From Diadema antillarum (Eukaryota): 64,000 bases of DNA. The stretch lies in the NCBI RefSeq assembly GCF_040938485.1, contig NW_027271391.1, positions 186,001 through 250,000 on the forward strand, given 5' to 3'. Made by a program: the position numbers and the translations under genes. Each line of letters begins with the position of its first letter. Within the stretch, counting starts at the first letter, position 1. The notes under the pieces were generated by a model, which did no database searches, was not told where the DNA came from, and saw nothing but the letters and a program-made list of their open reading frames with translations. Positions 24,655-36,400 of the stretch are shown in pieces.

Positions 24655-27344
24655 AGCAGGTGAAAAGCATAATTTTGATCACTGAGATTCCTGGCCCTTG
24701 TGCAGAAATCAAGGTGGCAGTATCACCAGAAACACAGCAAGAGGTGGAGCAGTCTGTCGAAGTACCCCTGGCTCCACCAGCATGTGAAAAATCATGGGGT
24801 ATGCTTGTGATGGTGGGGAAGCCGGATCTCAGGTCCAGAATGTCAGATTCAGAGCCAGACAACCCAGTATTCCAGCCAGATGGTGACACCTTGGGACCAT
24901 GAATACAGCGGGTATAGGTGAACCAACCTGTAGGAGAGCTGCCCATCCCGGATCTCCTACAAAATCAGCCAGAATATTGGGGAACAATCCTCTATTGCAA
25001 ACCATTTATCGTGAGGGGGAGGATCTAGGAAGAGAGCCGGGAGAGAAAGTATGAAGTTGTGTCACTTTGAGCAGGGACCAAAGCGCACTGCCATGGCTCA
25101 CAAAGTTGCACCACATGGAAGTCAGCACACCCAGTGAACCTATGATAAAAGGAGACTTGGCCAAAATCCTTGTTGGTCAAGTAAAAGGGATTACAGAGAC
25201 AGTCTGCGAAATGACTTACAACAACAGGGTTTATCGATCAGTGCAATAATCATATTACAGTCAACCTTGCTGAAGGTGACCTCGCTTAAGAATAATAATA
25301 ACCTAAGTTGAAGGTCTTTTCCAAGTCCTCTTCTCTTTTATATTCTATTGATATTAATAAGTCAAGTATTCTCAAAGTTGAAGCTATTTCTTCAGTCCAG
25401 ATAGACTCGACTTAGGCAAGGTTGACTGTACATTATACAAATTTCATAACAAACATCAGGTGATTTCAAGTTCAGTGTCAGTGCTAAACCTAGTGCTGGT
25501 GTTATCTCCAAAATAGTCAAATTGCACTCCAAAACCAATATAATCATAACTATCAATACCCAACACTAGTGTTATCTCATGACCACAGCAAAATTTGTGT
25601 CATCATATTGGAATTACACCTACAAAAAATGTACTTTTAGGTCTACCTGATAACACCGACTGACTTCAAGTTTGGGAACATTACCAACACTACCACTGAA
25701 TCTGAAATCAACTAATGTCATTAAAAATACACAAGTAAAATAATGATGACAAATGCATCGTACAAACAATCATATTTTAAATTTACATGAAATTAACAAA
25801 AAAAATTCTTATTGGCAAGAAATGAGAATGCCATGATGCACCAATGCAATGAATACAAAATCAAGATGTATGTATACACAAACACAAATAATTTTACATT
25901 AAAGTATGTTAGACAAAACAGACCTTGCAACAGAATGCCTGAGCCTTGATTTTTTTTTCTGAATGTCAGAACATAATGATATCAATCTTTACTCTCTTAT
26001 GCCCAAAATAATGTCTTCTGGCTATTAGAAAGAAGTGCTTTAGATTTACAAAGTGATTACTTGTATTCCTAACATAAGTCACCAAGCACACTGTTTCATA
26101 ATATTCAAAGATGAATAAATGGTAGTAGGATGAAACAATCTTTGGTCTTGTGTCTTTACAGAAATTGTTATAAGCTACAAATCACATCTCTTCTTTGTAC
26201 ATTGATTTACAAGCACATGTGACAAAGGCAAATACTTCTTTTCTTTTTCTTTAAGATGAAGAATTGCACAGATACTGTGAGGAGAAAATTGGATTTCAGC
26301 TTATAAGCAGAGGTCCATTTCATCTAAAAATATTCTGCTTATATACTAGAAGACTATTAGCTCTTTGTTTTTTTTCTTTTTGATATGAAAGATGTAAAAA
26401 TACTGATCTCTCTTTCTTACTTACTTACACACACACTTAAACACACATACGTGTCTATTGTGGAAACTGAGGAGCTGTTTTACCAATAAGAATTTTACCA
26501 CATAACCAAGGACCTGTGTGTCATCTAACCGAGGACTTATTACAATAATGCTAATTGAGGACCTACAAACATGTACCCCTACATGCAAAAGCATGCAAAA
26601 GCAGACCGTTTGGAATGGTATGCGTACAGAGGACATCCTCGGTTTAAATGTAAAGTTCGTATGTGTGTCCTCGTTTTACACCATGGGTAAGTGCACACAC
26701 ACACACAAGAAATGGCACAATGTAAAACTGGCTTCCATAATCAAAATCCGAAGTAAACAAACTGAGCATATCCAATCATCACAAATTGATCACAATTGAG
26801 TTCTTTTGGCAAAATACCAATGTGTCACAAAATGGCAAATGTTTTGACTACAGATACGTCATAATCATAATCTATTGGGAAATAGTCTACAGTGCCTTCA
26901 TCTGCATTTACCCTGATATCAACATCGTGTAAGAAAATAAACCTAATCAGTATTTTTTCCGGCATATCTAACGAACAGCTCCAAAGTACAATATTCATAT
27001 ATGTTTGCATAACTGTGATCCCTGACCAGCACACTCTGAAAACATACTGATATTGCAGCAAAGCCTGTGCTTGCTCTTAATGCTTTGGTAGTGGTCACTG
27101 AATATATTGCATTTATTTGCAAGATGGTACATCTATGACCTGTCTGTGCCTACATCAAAATTACTTAAAGCATACAGAATGTCCAAGGAATTGTAAGCAC
27201 CAATAGCCATTACCATTTCTTCATCAACACATTCTCTTTCTTTTTCTATCGATTGTCCCAGATTGGGTAAAATATAAGCTACGTGGTTTTTCTCTTTCTT
27301 TCACTCTCTATCTCTCTCTCTCTATATATATCTCTATCTTTCTC

Positions 27345-27407
27345 TCAAAGTTTTGCAATCAATCCCTTGAGTAGAGGCCTCAGATACTTGTAGTACGTCT
27401 CATGGAC
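27345..27407 (-). CDS. ACOX1: ACOX1 exon 15, PTS1 terminus
   Basis: [20 protein letters not shown] ; AKL is a canonical PTS1. Confidence 0.93.
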   Translation of the reverse strand, partial: VHETYYKYLRPLLKGLIAKL

Positions 27408-30400
27408 CTGAAACAAAGCAGGCAACAGTGAAAGGGTAAATTAATGATATTTGTTCAAATGTATACTTAAAAGAATGATTAGTCTAAAGTCGGGCATTTT
27501 GAAAGCTCAAATCATACTCTGCCTTATGTGTTCAGACTTGCTTTATATTTTCAACCGTTTTATGTAAATAACTGGTTCAGTTGCTTCATCCAGCTGTTAC
27601 CTGGCAACTGGTTGAATGCATCTATCATATTAATTTGTACATAGAAGATTCTATCACTTTCTATCTTACTCTTTCTCATTATCTTTCAATTTTGCTAGTT
27701 CTTTCTTTTTCTCAGCATCACCTGTGTACAGGTCTATTAATGTTTTCTTTTCTGAAATAGTTTGTTGTCTTGTTGCAGCTCAGTATATCGATACTTTCTC
27801 ATAACTTCTTGTTTTTCTGTGTATCGAATGCGGCCCAAAACATTAAGCTTTGCTTACTGGCGATCCTTCTGCGTGGTAATTTGATTTTCTTCATATTTCT
27901 CTGTAATCTGTTACAATGATTTTTCACATTCTTTCACATTCAAAGTTAGCAATGAAGAATTAAAAATTAACTTGAATGTTTGCTCAAGTGATCTCTTAAT
28001 TTGTACCATGCAGAAAACAATGAATGCAATGAAATCTGAACCCAGGCTTCATTACAAAATTCAATATTCAGATTGAGAATACAAAATGATTTAGCACTTC
28101 TTTTTCTTTGCCTCGCTTTCAAATGATTGCTTGTAAGTGTGTCTTTTCCACATGTACTTCTCCTCACTGTACAGTGCACTCCCGTTATAATGAACACGGT
28201 TAAAACGAAATTCCGGTTACAATGAAGTAAAATTGTTTATCTGTTTGGTTATAACGAAATTTCGATAACAAAAGAAAACCGCCTGTCCTGAGGACTTCAC
28301 TATAACGGGAGTCCACTGTACCGGACAGTGACTGTAACTCACCTCGGTCTTATTTCTTGGGTCCGTCTTCGCGTACTCATACATGCGCTCGTAGACGTTG
28401 CCGTCGTAGCAGCCCAGCGTGGACTGGAGGAACTCATCACAGATGTCAAAGGAGTCCACTAGTGTTACTGCCTCTGGTCTGAGGGAACACAGCCACGTAG
28501 CAGGTATCAGAACACCAGGCAAAGAAACGACCAGTGCATTTGGTATTCATTTAAAAACCCCAAGCCATGGTAGCAGGCATGCATAGTATTACGAGAAGTA
28601 ATGTTAGCAGTACTGGTAATGGTACAGAGAAACCCTGTTATAATGAGGCAACCAGTACTTCGTTGTAAACGTACTAAAAATGAGACCAGCAACATACAGT
28701 AATGGAAAATCAGGACCGCCGAAATGACCTTGTTAAAGCAGTACCTCATTGTGAGTGACCTTGTTACAACAGGGTACCCTGAAGGTAGTACTGAAAAAAA
28801 AAAATATATATATATATATACGTTATTGGGTCAGTAGACATGTTACATTCGTACTGTGACTAATATATGTTGACAAATACAATGTACTCATTGAAAATTC
28901 CCTGCATAATTCCCATCATCATTTGTGTATCTAATTATAAAATGTTTCACAGTACATGTGTTGTCAGGTCAAAGTTCAGGAACTTCTTTTTATTACATTT
29001 GAGGGATTTTTGCAAAAATCATATTGTATCTTTATTTGCTGCTCAGATAGATGACCCATATGTGATACATGATATGGATATCGCAAATGTAGTAGAAAGA
29101 AAAGGAGCAGCCTTCCTTTAGGAGTCTTGTTCAATCCATTTCATCTAGAGATACCATTATGTGTCAATATGGCTGATGAAAAAGTTTTGCTAGCCACAGG
29201 GTCAGCAGAGCAGGGGTAAAATTATTCCTGAGAATGCCTTTCCTTCCATTCACTGCCTTCAACATCATCCAGTCATTACTAGATATATGATCCAGATCCA
29301 CTCTACAGTCATCAGATTCATATCAACAATAATTCACCATTTCAGATGGCATTTCAATTGACACTATGCCCAACTTTTGTTTGAGTGTCACAGCCGGTCT
29401 ATGCCAATAAGTGCAACTGAAATACCCCCTAAAGCATTTCCACAAGATAACAGTTCATGGAACATGTTTTCGGGTCTTATCTGCACAAGTAGAGATGTCA
29501 CTTAGCTCCAAACATTTAACATCAACCATACCCTGGTAATGTCACCTTAAGATGCAATCTTTGTGGCTGCTGAGTGGACAAATGAATCAAAATAACACAG
29601 CTCACTCACCTAATTACGGGGAATGTCTCCAAGTAGAGTCTATGAAGCCAGTCTAGCTGGTCTGATGAGATGAAGCCATCCTATAAAACGAGTCCACAAA
29701 ATCATAAAGCAGTGATGATCTCACACTAAATATGTGTTTTGCTTTTAAAAAAAAGGAATACTTTCAATAGCCATTGCAAGAAAAAGGTGGGCAGTGAACC
29801 ATGAAGTGATGGCTGTAATGAGACACCTGTCGAAAGTGAGCTGAGAGTGAGAAATATCACCATTACCAATTCTGAAACATCATTTGAAAACATGTTTTTA
29901 TGTCTCAATGATTCAATAGCATTTAAAACAAAAAACTGTTTCCCTCATTCCCACAATTGAATGTGTAACTAAGCACTACACTGAAGGAACCTTGAGGAAT
30001 ATACATATAAACACACTTTTTGCTACTCTACATCATTGACAAGCCAAATTAAAGGGATCGTATAGTTTTGGTTGAGACCTAATTTCAGGTTTCTAACATT
30101 TTTTGGTGAGATAATGAGAAACCTCTTATGAAATATGAATGAACATGTAATTCCATGAGGAATTAAACATTTATCTGATGAAAATTGGTTTTGAAATGGC
30201 TGAGATATCCAAAACAAAGCGATTCTAATAAAGTGTGAGACCCTCCTTTTATTACGATCGCTTTGTTTTACTTTGTTTTTGGATGTTTCAGTCATTCCAA
30301 ACCTGATTTTCATCAAATAAACTTTGAATTCCTCTTACAATGGTATACTCTGTACTATTTCATAACTGTTTTCTTGGTATCTCGGAAAAAGTTGAAAGCC

Positions 30401-33400
30401 CAATTCTCATCTCCACCAATACTGTACCATCCCTTTAAATGGTCTCACAACTTAAGATCGAGCCATTCACTACTTTGATGTTTGACACAAATCAAAGTGG
30501 ATGCTGAAGCTGACATTGTAAAGACATGAAATCAGCTAATACAAGCCGAGCACATAAACTTGGCCTCTCCCAATTTTGTCAGGCTTGTACCTGCTTTCAC
30601 AACTTACCACCACGAATTCTCCTGCATTCTCTTCGACGTGATACAAGGCGTACAGTCGACACAGGGCTTCTAAGACTTTCTTTGTAGCTGGAGATACTTG
30701 AGTCTCTTCAACTCCATGGTAGAATGACTGCACAATGAAGTACTGTGTATGTGCCTGTGAATGAATGATAAATGATGAGTTTGAACTAAATGCTGGAATC
30801 ATCTTGTCTTTCCAAGGGCATCCAAAGAGTTTGACTTGATCCCAAATGTATTTCATTTCAGCATACTCAACAAAACAAAAATCACTTTATGCAAAACAAA
30901 TACCCTTGATGTATTTTAGGCTAATACATGCATGCTCTTGAGAAATGAAAATGACATATTAAGGAGTAGTAGTCTACTCAAACAGTGACAGTGTAATTCA
31001 TATGATCTTGAAGAAATTGTAAGGATGACTTTACGAGCCACTGCAAACTCCTGGAGCTACTGCAAAATTTATTCTGGATACATTTTAGCTGAGCCATGAT
31101 CTCACCCGAGCTGCCTTGACCAAGTCGATACCACTCTCATTCCAGGCTCTCTTCTGTGTCATTCCTTGTGCCATCAAGCCTGCCAACCTCTCCCCAGCCT
31201 TCTGGCCCAACCTGTTCATGAGAGCAGGTCAGGAATGACACTGGTCAGGCATATCTTTTTTTAATGAAATCATCTCTTCACCTTGAAATGAAAAGTCACA
31301 AAGATTGCCTCTCCCACTGACCTTCCCAACTTTCCTTTTCTTCAGTTCTCAATTACAGTTCACTTTTTGCTTGACCATTACAGTAAAAAATGACATTGAT
31401 CAGATCAATAAGACAGTATAATTGAATGCTGTAAATATCCTTCGTTAAAACAAATAATCTAAATCCTATCTCAAAAGGGAGTCTGATGACATGTGGCAAT
31501 TTTTTTTTTGAAGGAAACTACACAAATAAGTACATGGTTCAATAAAAATTGATGTAAAGCAAAAAACAACAACAATCCACGAGTCATCACAGAATTACAG
31601 ATTGAGAAGGGGCTGATCTGTTAAATATGGTAAATGAATAACAGGGTCGGTTAAAGTGTGCTCACCTCACCTGAACATTTTGAATATGGTAGTAAAGTAC
31701 ACAACTGAGTGATAGCTACTTATTAACAAAAGGGTCACTTTATGCCCTTTACACTCAGCCAATATGATTATCATTACAATTTGATAAAGGGCTTCAAAAC
31801 ATATCAAACTGTACATTTCAATAACACACTTACATCATCATTATGTTCTGCCATATTATTCTATGAATCCAATGTACTGACATTATGGAACAGCCCAGTC
31901 AAATAGTGGTATAGGGTGTACATGAAAAAATAGATATGACCAAACTGCCTTTGGAGATGCCTAGTGTATCAAGTAGGACCACCTGTCAATGGGCACCCCA
32001 CTAAGCTTGACTCCCCTCAGCTTTATTCACATGCGTTTGAGGGCGCTGCGTGCAAAGATCACCCAAAGATAAAGGCAGCTTTTATTTCCCACTACATTTG
32101 CAGAGCATCTACACACAGCTGATTGTGACTACAAGTGTACTACACGCATACCTCTGTGCTCGGTGTTTGTATGCTGCGAATATGGATTCCCCATCCAGGG
32201 AGTCGTGAGGGCGCCACTGGTCTTCTGGCTGATTGGCCAGATACGCTCCCACGCCAGACACATCTGCACCCATCTGAGCTCTACTCAGAATCTTCATGAG
32301 ATACCTGAGTTGAAAAAAAAAAAAGAATATGACTGCGGTTTGATATAGATGTAACAATAAGGACTTCACTTGTNNNNNNNNNNNNNNNNNNNNNNNNNNN
32401 NNNNNNNNNNNNNNNNNNNNNNNNNNNNNNNNNNNNNNNNNNNNNNNNNNNNNNNNNNNNNNNNNNNNNNNNNNNNNNNNNNNNNNNNNNNNNNNNNNNN
32501 NNNNNNNNNNNNNNNNNNNNNNNNNNNNNNNNNNNNNNNNNNNNNNNNNNNNNNNNNNNNNNNNNNNNNNNNNNNNNNNNNNNNNNNNNNNNNNNNNNNN
32601 NNNNNNNNNNNNNNNNNNNNNNNNNNNNNNNNNNNNNNNNNNNNNNNNNNNNNNNNNNNNNNNNNNNNNNNNNNNNNNNNNNNNNNNNNNNNNNNNNNNN
32701 NNNNNNNNNNNNNNNNNNNNNNNNNNNNNNNNNNNNNNNNNNNNNNNNNNNNNNNNNNNNCATTTACACTGTATTAAATGTACACACACCCTGCGACTTG
32801 CAGCAGGAGGACAGTGTTTTCTCCCTCATATATGCAGGAGGCCGAGAAGCAGTCATAGAGCTCTGGGAGACCACTCTGCAGCATGACCCCGTGACCTCCG
32901 CAGGCAAAGCGACATGTTTCCATGTGGAGAACTGACTCCCTCGTGGCGAGCGCCTTCAGACCTGAACAAAGAGCATGCAGCTACAAAAACAACAACAACA
33001 ATGATGATAGCAATCATACATCTTTGAAATAATGAATGTTGATCATGAATCTTACAGTCAATCACATTTGACACTATGTTATACATATAGGATGTGTATA
33101 ACATTCAAAATCGCAATTGCAATTACATTCTCCAACTTCAAGAATCACACTCGGTTATGAACAATTAATTCTGAATAAAAATGAGAAAAATGATATCACA
33201 CACAACAAATGAATTTCAGTAAACTTGAAAAATCTGCAAAGCCACAACTATCTCAAAGCTCAGGTTTGAGTTTCTTCAGTTTGTCTCCCTCTACAAATGA
33301 AAATTTGTTAAGATAGCAACTGCTGATCTGTAAATTAACAAACATGTCAGGAAAAAGGAACCAGTGGGACTCAAACCTGTCATCTACTACTTTCCGGAGA

Positions 33401-36400
33401 GCGACACTACCACCAGGCTGTCCCTGGTTGCCGGCAGTGACACGATGAACATGGAACAAATACCCAAGCTCCGAAATTCCGACACTGTTATGTTAAGTAG
33501 TCCAAGGCGGACAAATTTTCATTTGTAGAGGGAGACAAACTGAAGAAACTCAAACCTGAGCCTTCCCCCCTCTGAATAATATTTTTCTTTCATTTATCTC
33601 AAAGCTGTCAAGCAGTCATTTGACCATAATATCAATTGAGTAGCTTCTTTTCATCCGCTTTGCACATGACGTGCAACTGATCATTTTTTTTTGTAACACG
33701 TCTTGTCTATATGTTACGATGAATTTTCTTTCATACAAATCTATGGCAGTCTTTTTTTTTTTCAATGTGGCAAATGAATCTGATGAAGTAATTCACAAGT
33801 AAAACTATGTAGGAACAGACACATGACTAAACTGCTATTCTACAAATCATGAGTGGCAATACTTCATAATATATTGTCGTCATTGGGGGCGACAAGACCT
33901 TGTACCTTCAAAATGTCAAATGTTTAGGAGAGCAAAAAAGCATGGTTACCACAGCACTATATCAAATGGGATAGCCTTTCCTTTAACATGTCATGGTGGC
34001 TTCATTTTTGGGGTAAGACAGCTAGGATTTGGACAGGACTCACTTAACTGATTATCTGACCATTAATAAAAAAAAAGTCATTTTCACCAAAATTTGGGAT
34101 ACAAGGTCTTGTCACCCTAGTGACCATATGACCATTTATACAAAGACAACTATTCCACAATTATTACCTCAATTCATTCTCACTCTCCTAGATATCGTTA
34201 TCGACATTGTGGGTGTATCAATGATTTCCTTTGGACTGACCAATTTTCACAGGACCCTTATCCTTTCAAAGAAGTAGCCCCCACTTGTTAGTCACAGTAA
34301 TTGGAAATAGTCCTCTTCTAGCTTTAAAAGTGGTTGATATACTCAAACAATCTCTTTGTTGGCCGTAACGCAGAACTGGACTGATAAGCAACAGTGTTCA
34401 CACCTCAAGATAGAAGGGCACCTAAAATTTGCGTACCATAAAACACAATATTTTCGCGGTATGAAATTTTCATGAATTGGCGCCAATGGCTTTTTTCGCG
34501 GCCTGAAAATTTCGCGAGTTGCCTCAAACATTCAATGGGTATAGTGTACACAAGAACTTTCAAGTGCATTTTAGTTTTGTGAATCTTGGCTCTCGCGAAA
34601 TTTACGAAATTAAAATGTATGCAAACATTCCTCATTTTACAATACAGAGAAGACAGAATCAGGAAAAATAAAACATTAATGTCTCAAAGCCAATCCCTTT
34701 GGTAGAATGGTTTATGCTGATGGCTAACACATGACAGTCAGACAATGAATACCATAATTATAAAAAATTTCACTCGGGAACTGGGGGAAGGGGGGGGGAG
34801 GGAACCAGCAAGAGGGTGCCATTTCCTTTTTCTTTCATGGATGCTTTACCTCCGGCAGAATGCTAAAGTCTCCCTTCAGGAGGCTCTCCTCATTCTCCTC
34901 ATAAAGCCTTCGGAGATGCTGACCGGCAAAGTAGATAGCAAACACGGCAGCCAGGCCTGGAAAGAGTTTCTGCTGCTGGGTCTGAAAGTCCAGTATGGGC
35001 ACCTCTGGTCCGCTGGTCATGGACGAAGTAATGGGAAGAAAAGGCGGGATGCAGGGGGAGTAAGTTTTATTGTTGTTGCATTTTTAATACAGAAGAGTTG
35101 CACTCTAAGAATTAAAAGCATGCATGTAAGCACCGCTCCTGTCAACATACTGAATACAGTAAATGAGGGGAATTTGACATGTCAAAATTGATGTCAAAAA
35201 CTTTTCTCTCACAAGAACTATGGAAGAGGAAACCAAACCAAACCAAGCAAAATTACACAGAAGTTCAACTTTGTCCCACTAAGCAAGCAGATTTTTGTAT
35301 AACCACCTCTTTTCTTCTCCTTAAATCTTCTATCTCTTTTTTGCTACTTTGGCTGATTGCAAGATGTTGGGTTAGTTATTGCTAGCACTGTCATTACTTT
35401 ATCTATTCATCAATAAATTTTATCTATTCATCAATGAAGCTTGGAAAGTTTTGTTACAAATTAGGCCAAAATATAGATCCCTTAATGAGTTCAGCGTCCC
35501 CCTCATTGATGAATGTGAGCAGAAAATTTCATTTACAAGGAATTTTTCCCCTTTCCTCATTCTGAACTTCCTCCTTTTCAAGCCATTCAGAAATCTGTGA
35601 CCAACCTGTCCTCAATCTTTCCCTGGGTGCGGACAGCGCTGTACCTCACTGCAATCGTGAGGGATTTACTGAGCTCGTACGACGCCGCCCTGACAATGGC
35701 CGTCCTCACAAGAACCATGCTGCCGTAGGTGACTTTGGGGTTGCCAACTATGCTGAAGACTCCATCTTGTGAGACCTTGGATATGTTTTGTTGTGAGCAA
35801 GAAAGTATGACATCACGTTTTATAAAGTGGGCTTTAGAATCTCTGCAGTCTGATTGGTCAATTGTCATGCATTGGTTTTTACTGTTCCATACTGAGCTAT
35901 ATATCCGGTAAAATCCAACCACATGGCTCAAGTCTTGTATAATGTTGTAGGTGTACCGGACACATGATGGGGAAAATGGTTGTATTTCATGAATTTACGG
36001 GCCCATTTTATATCACAAATGATGCACAGGCCTAATTCGTGGATCGGTGAGAATTGGATGCTCTCGTTTAACTTTTGAACAGTCTAAAACCTACTCGCTG
36101 TGCTTGTGGGTTTAAACAGTTCCAAAGTTAAACTCGCACATCCAATTCTCACTGATCCACTGTGTCCTGTGCATCATTTGTATAAGAGCCCACCCTCAGC
36201 ATTATAGAGTGGCATCTGCTAGACAACATGTCCGGACTCATAAGATATTCATTCATTCATAATGCAGCCTAGGCAGGGTTGATATACTGACTATTGCTAA
36301 TCTCCAAGGATGAACCACACAAGGTTGTTATCATCACCTCTTTTTTTGTAACGGTGTGTGGAATGAACCACTTAATCAGATTTGTACATTCCTTTTTTTT

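Larger units (their letters stand above)
22078..25250 (+). mobile_element. Decayed, internally deleted Gypsy (Metaviridae) LTR retrotransposon with an extra zinc-finger ORF; no 3' LTR seen
   Basis: LTR-like TG...TTACA 22078-22523 with AATAAA. PBS TGGTGGGAGCGATGGGAT at 22525-22542 (16/18 to the tRNA-Leu 3' end as I recall it). Integrase C-terminal GPY/F module HGPFLIVGKLSDVTFWIQEKNNGKKRKIHVDHMKPF at 23932-24039. Right boundary approximate. Confidence 0.75.

Noticed and set aside
32109-32789. Long ORFs containing X runs (also 11118-11500 and 20456-20885)
   Set aside because: Artefacts of N gaps; only the ACOX1 exon 10 part is real.
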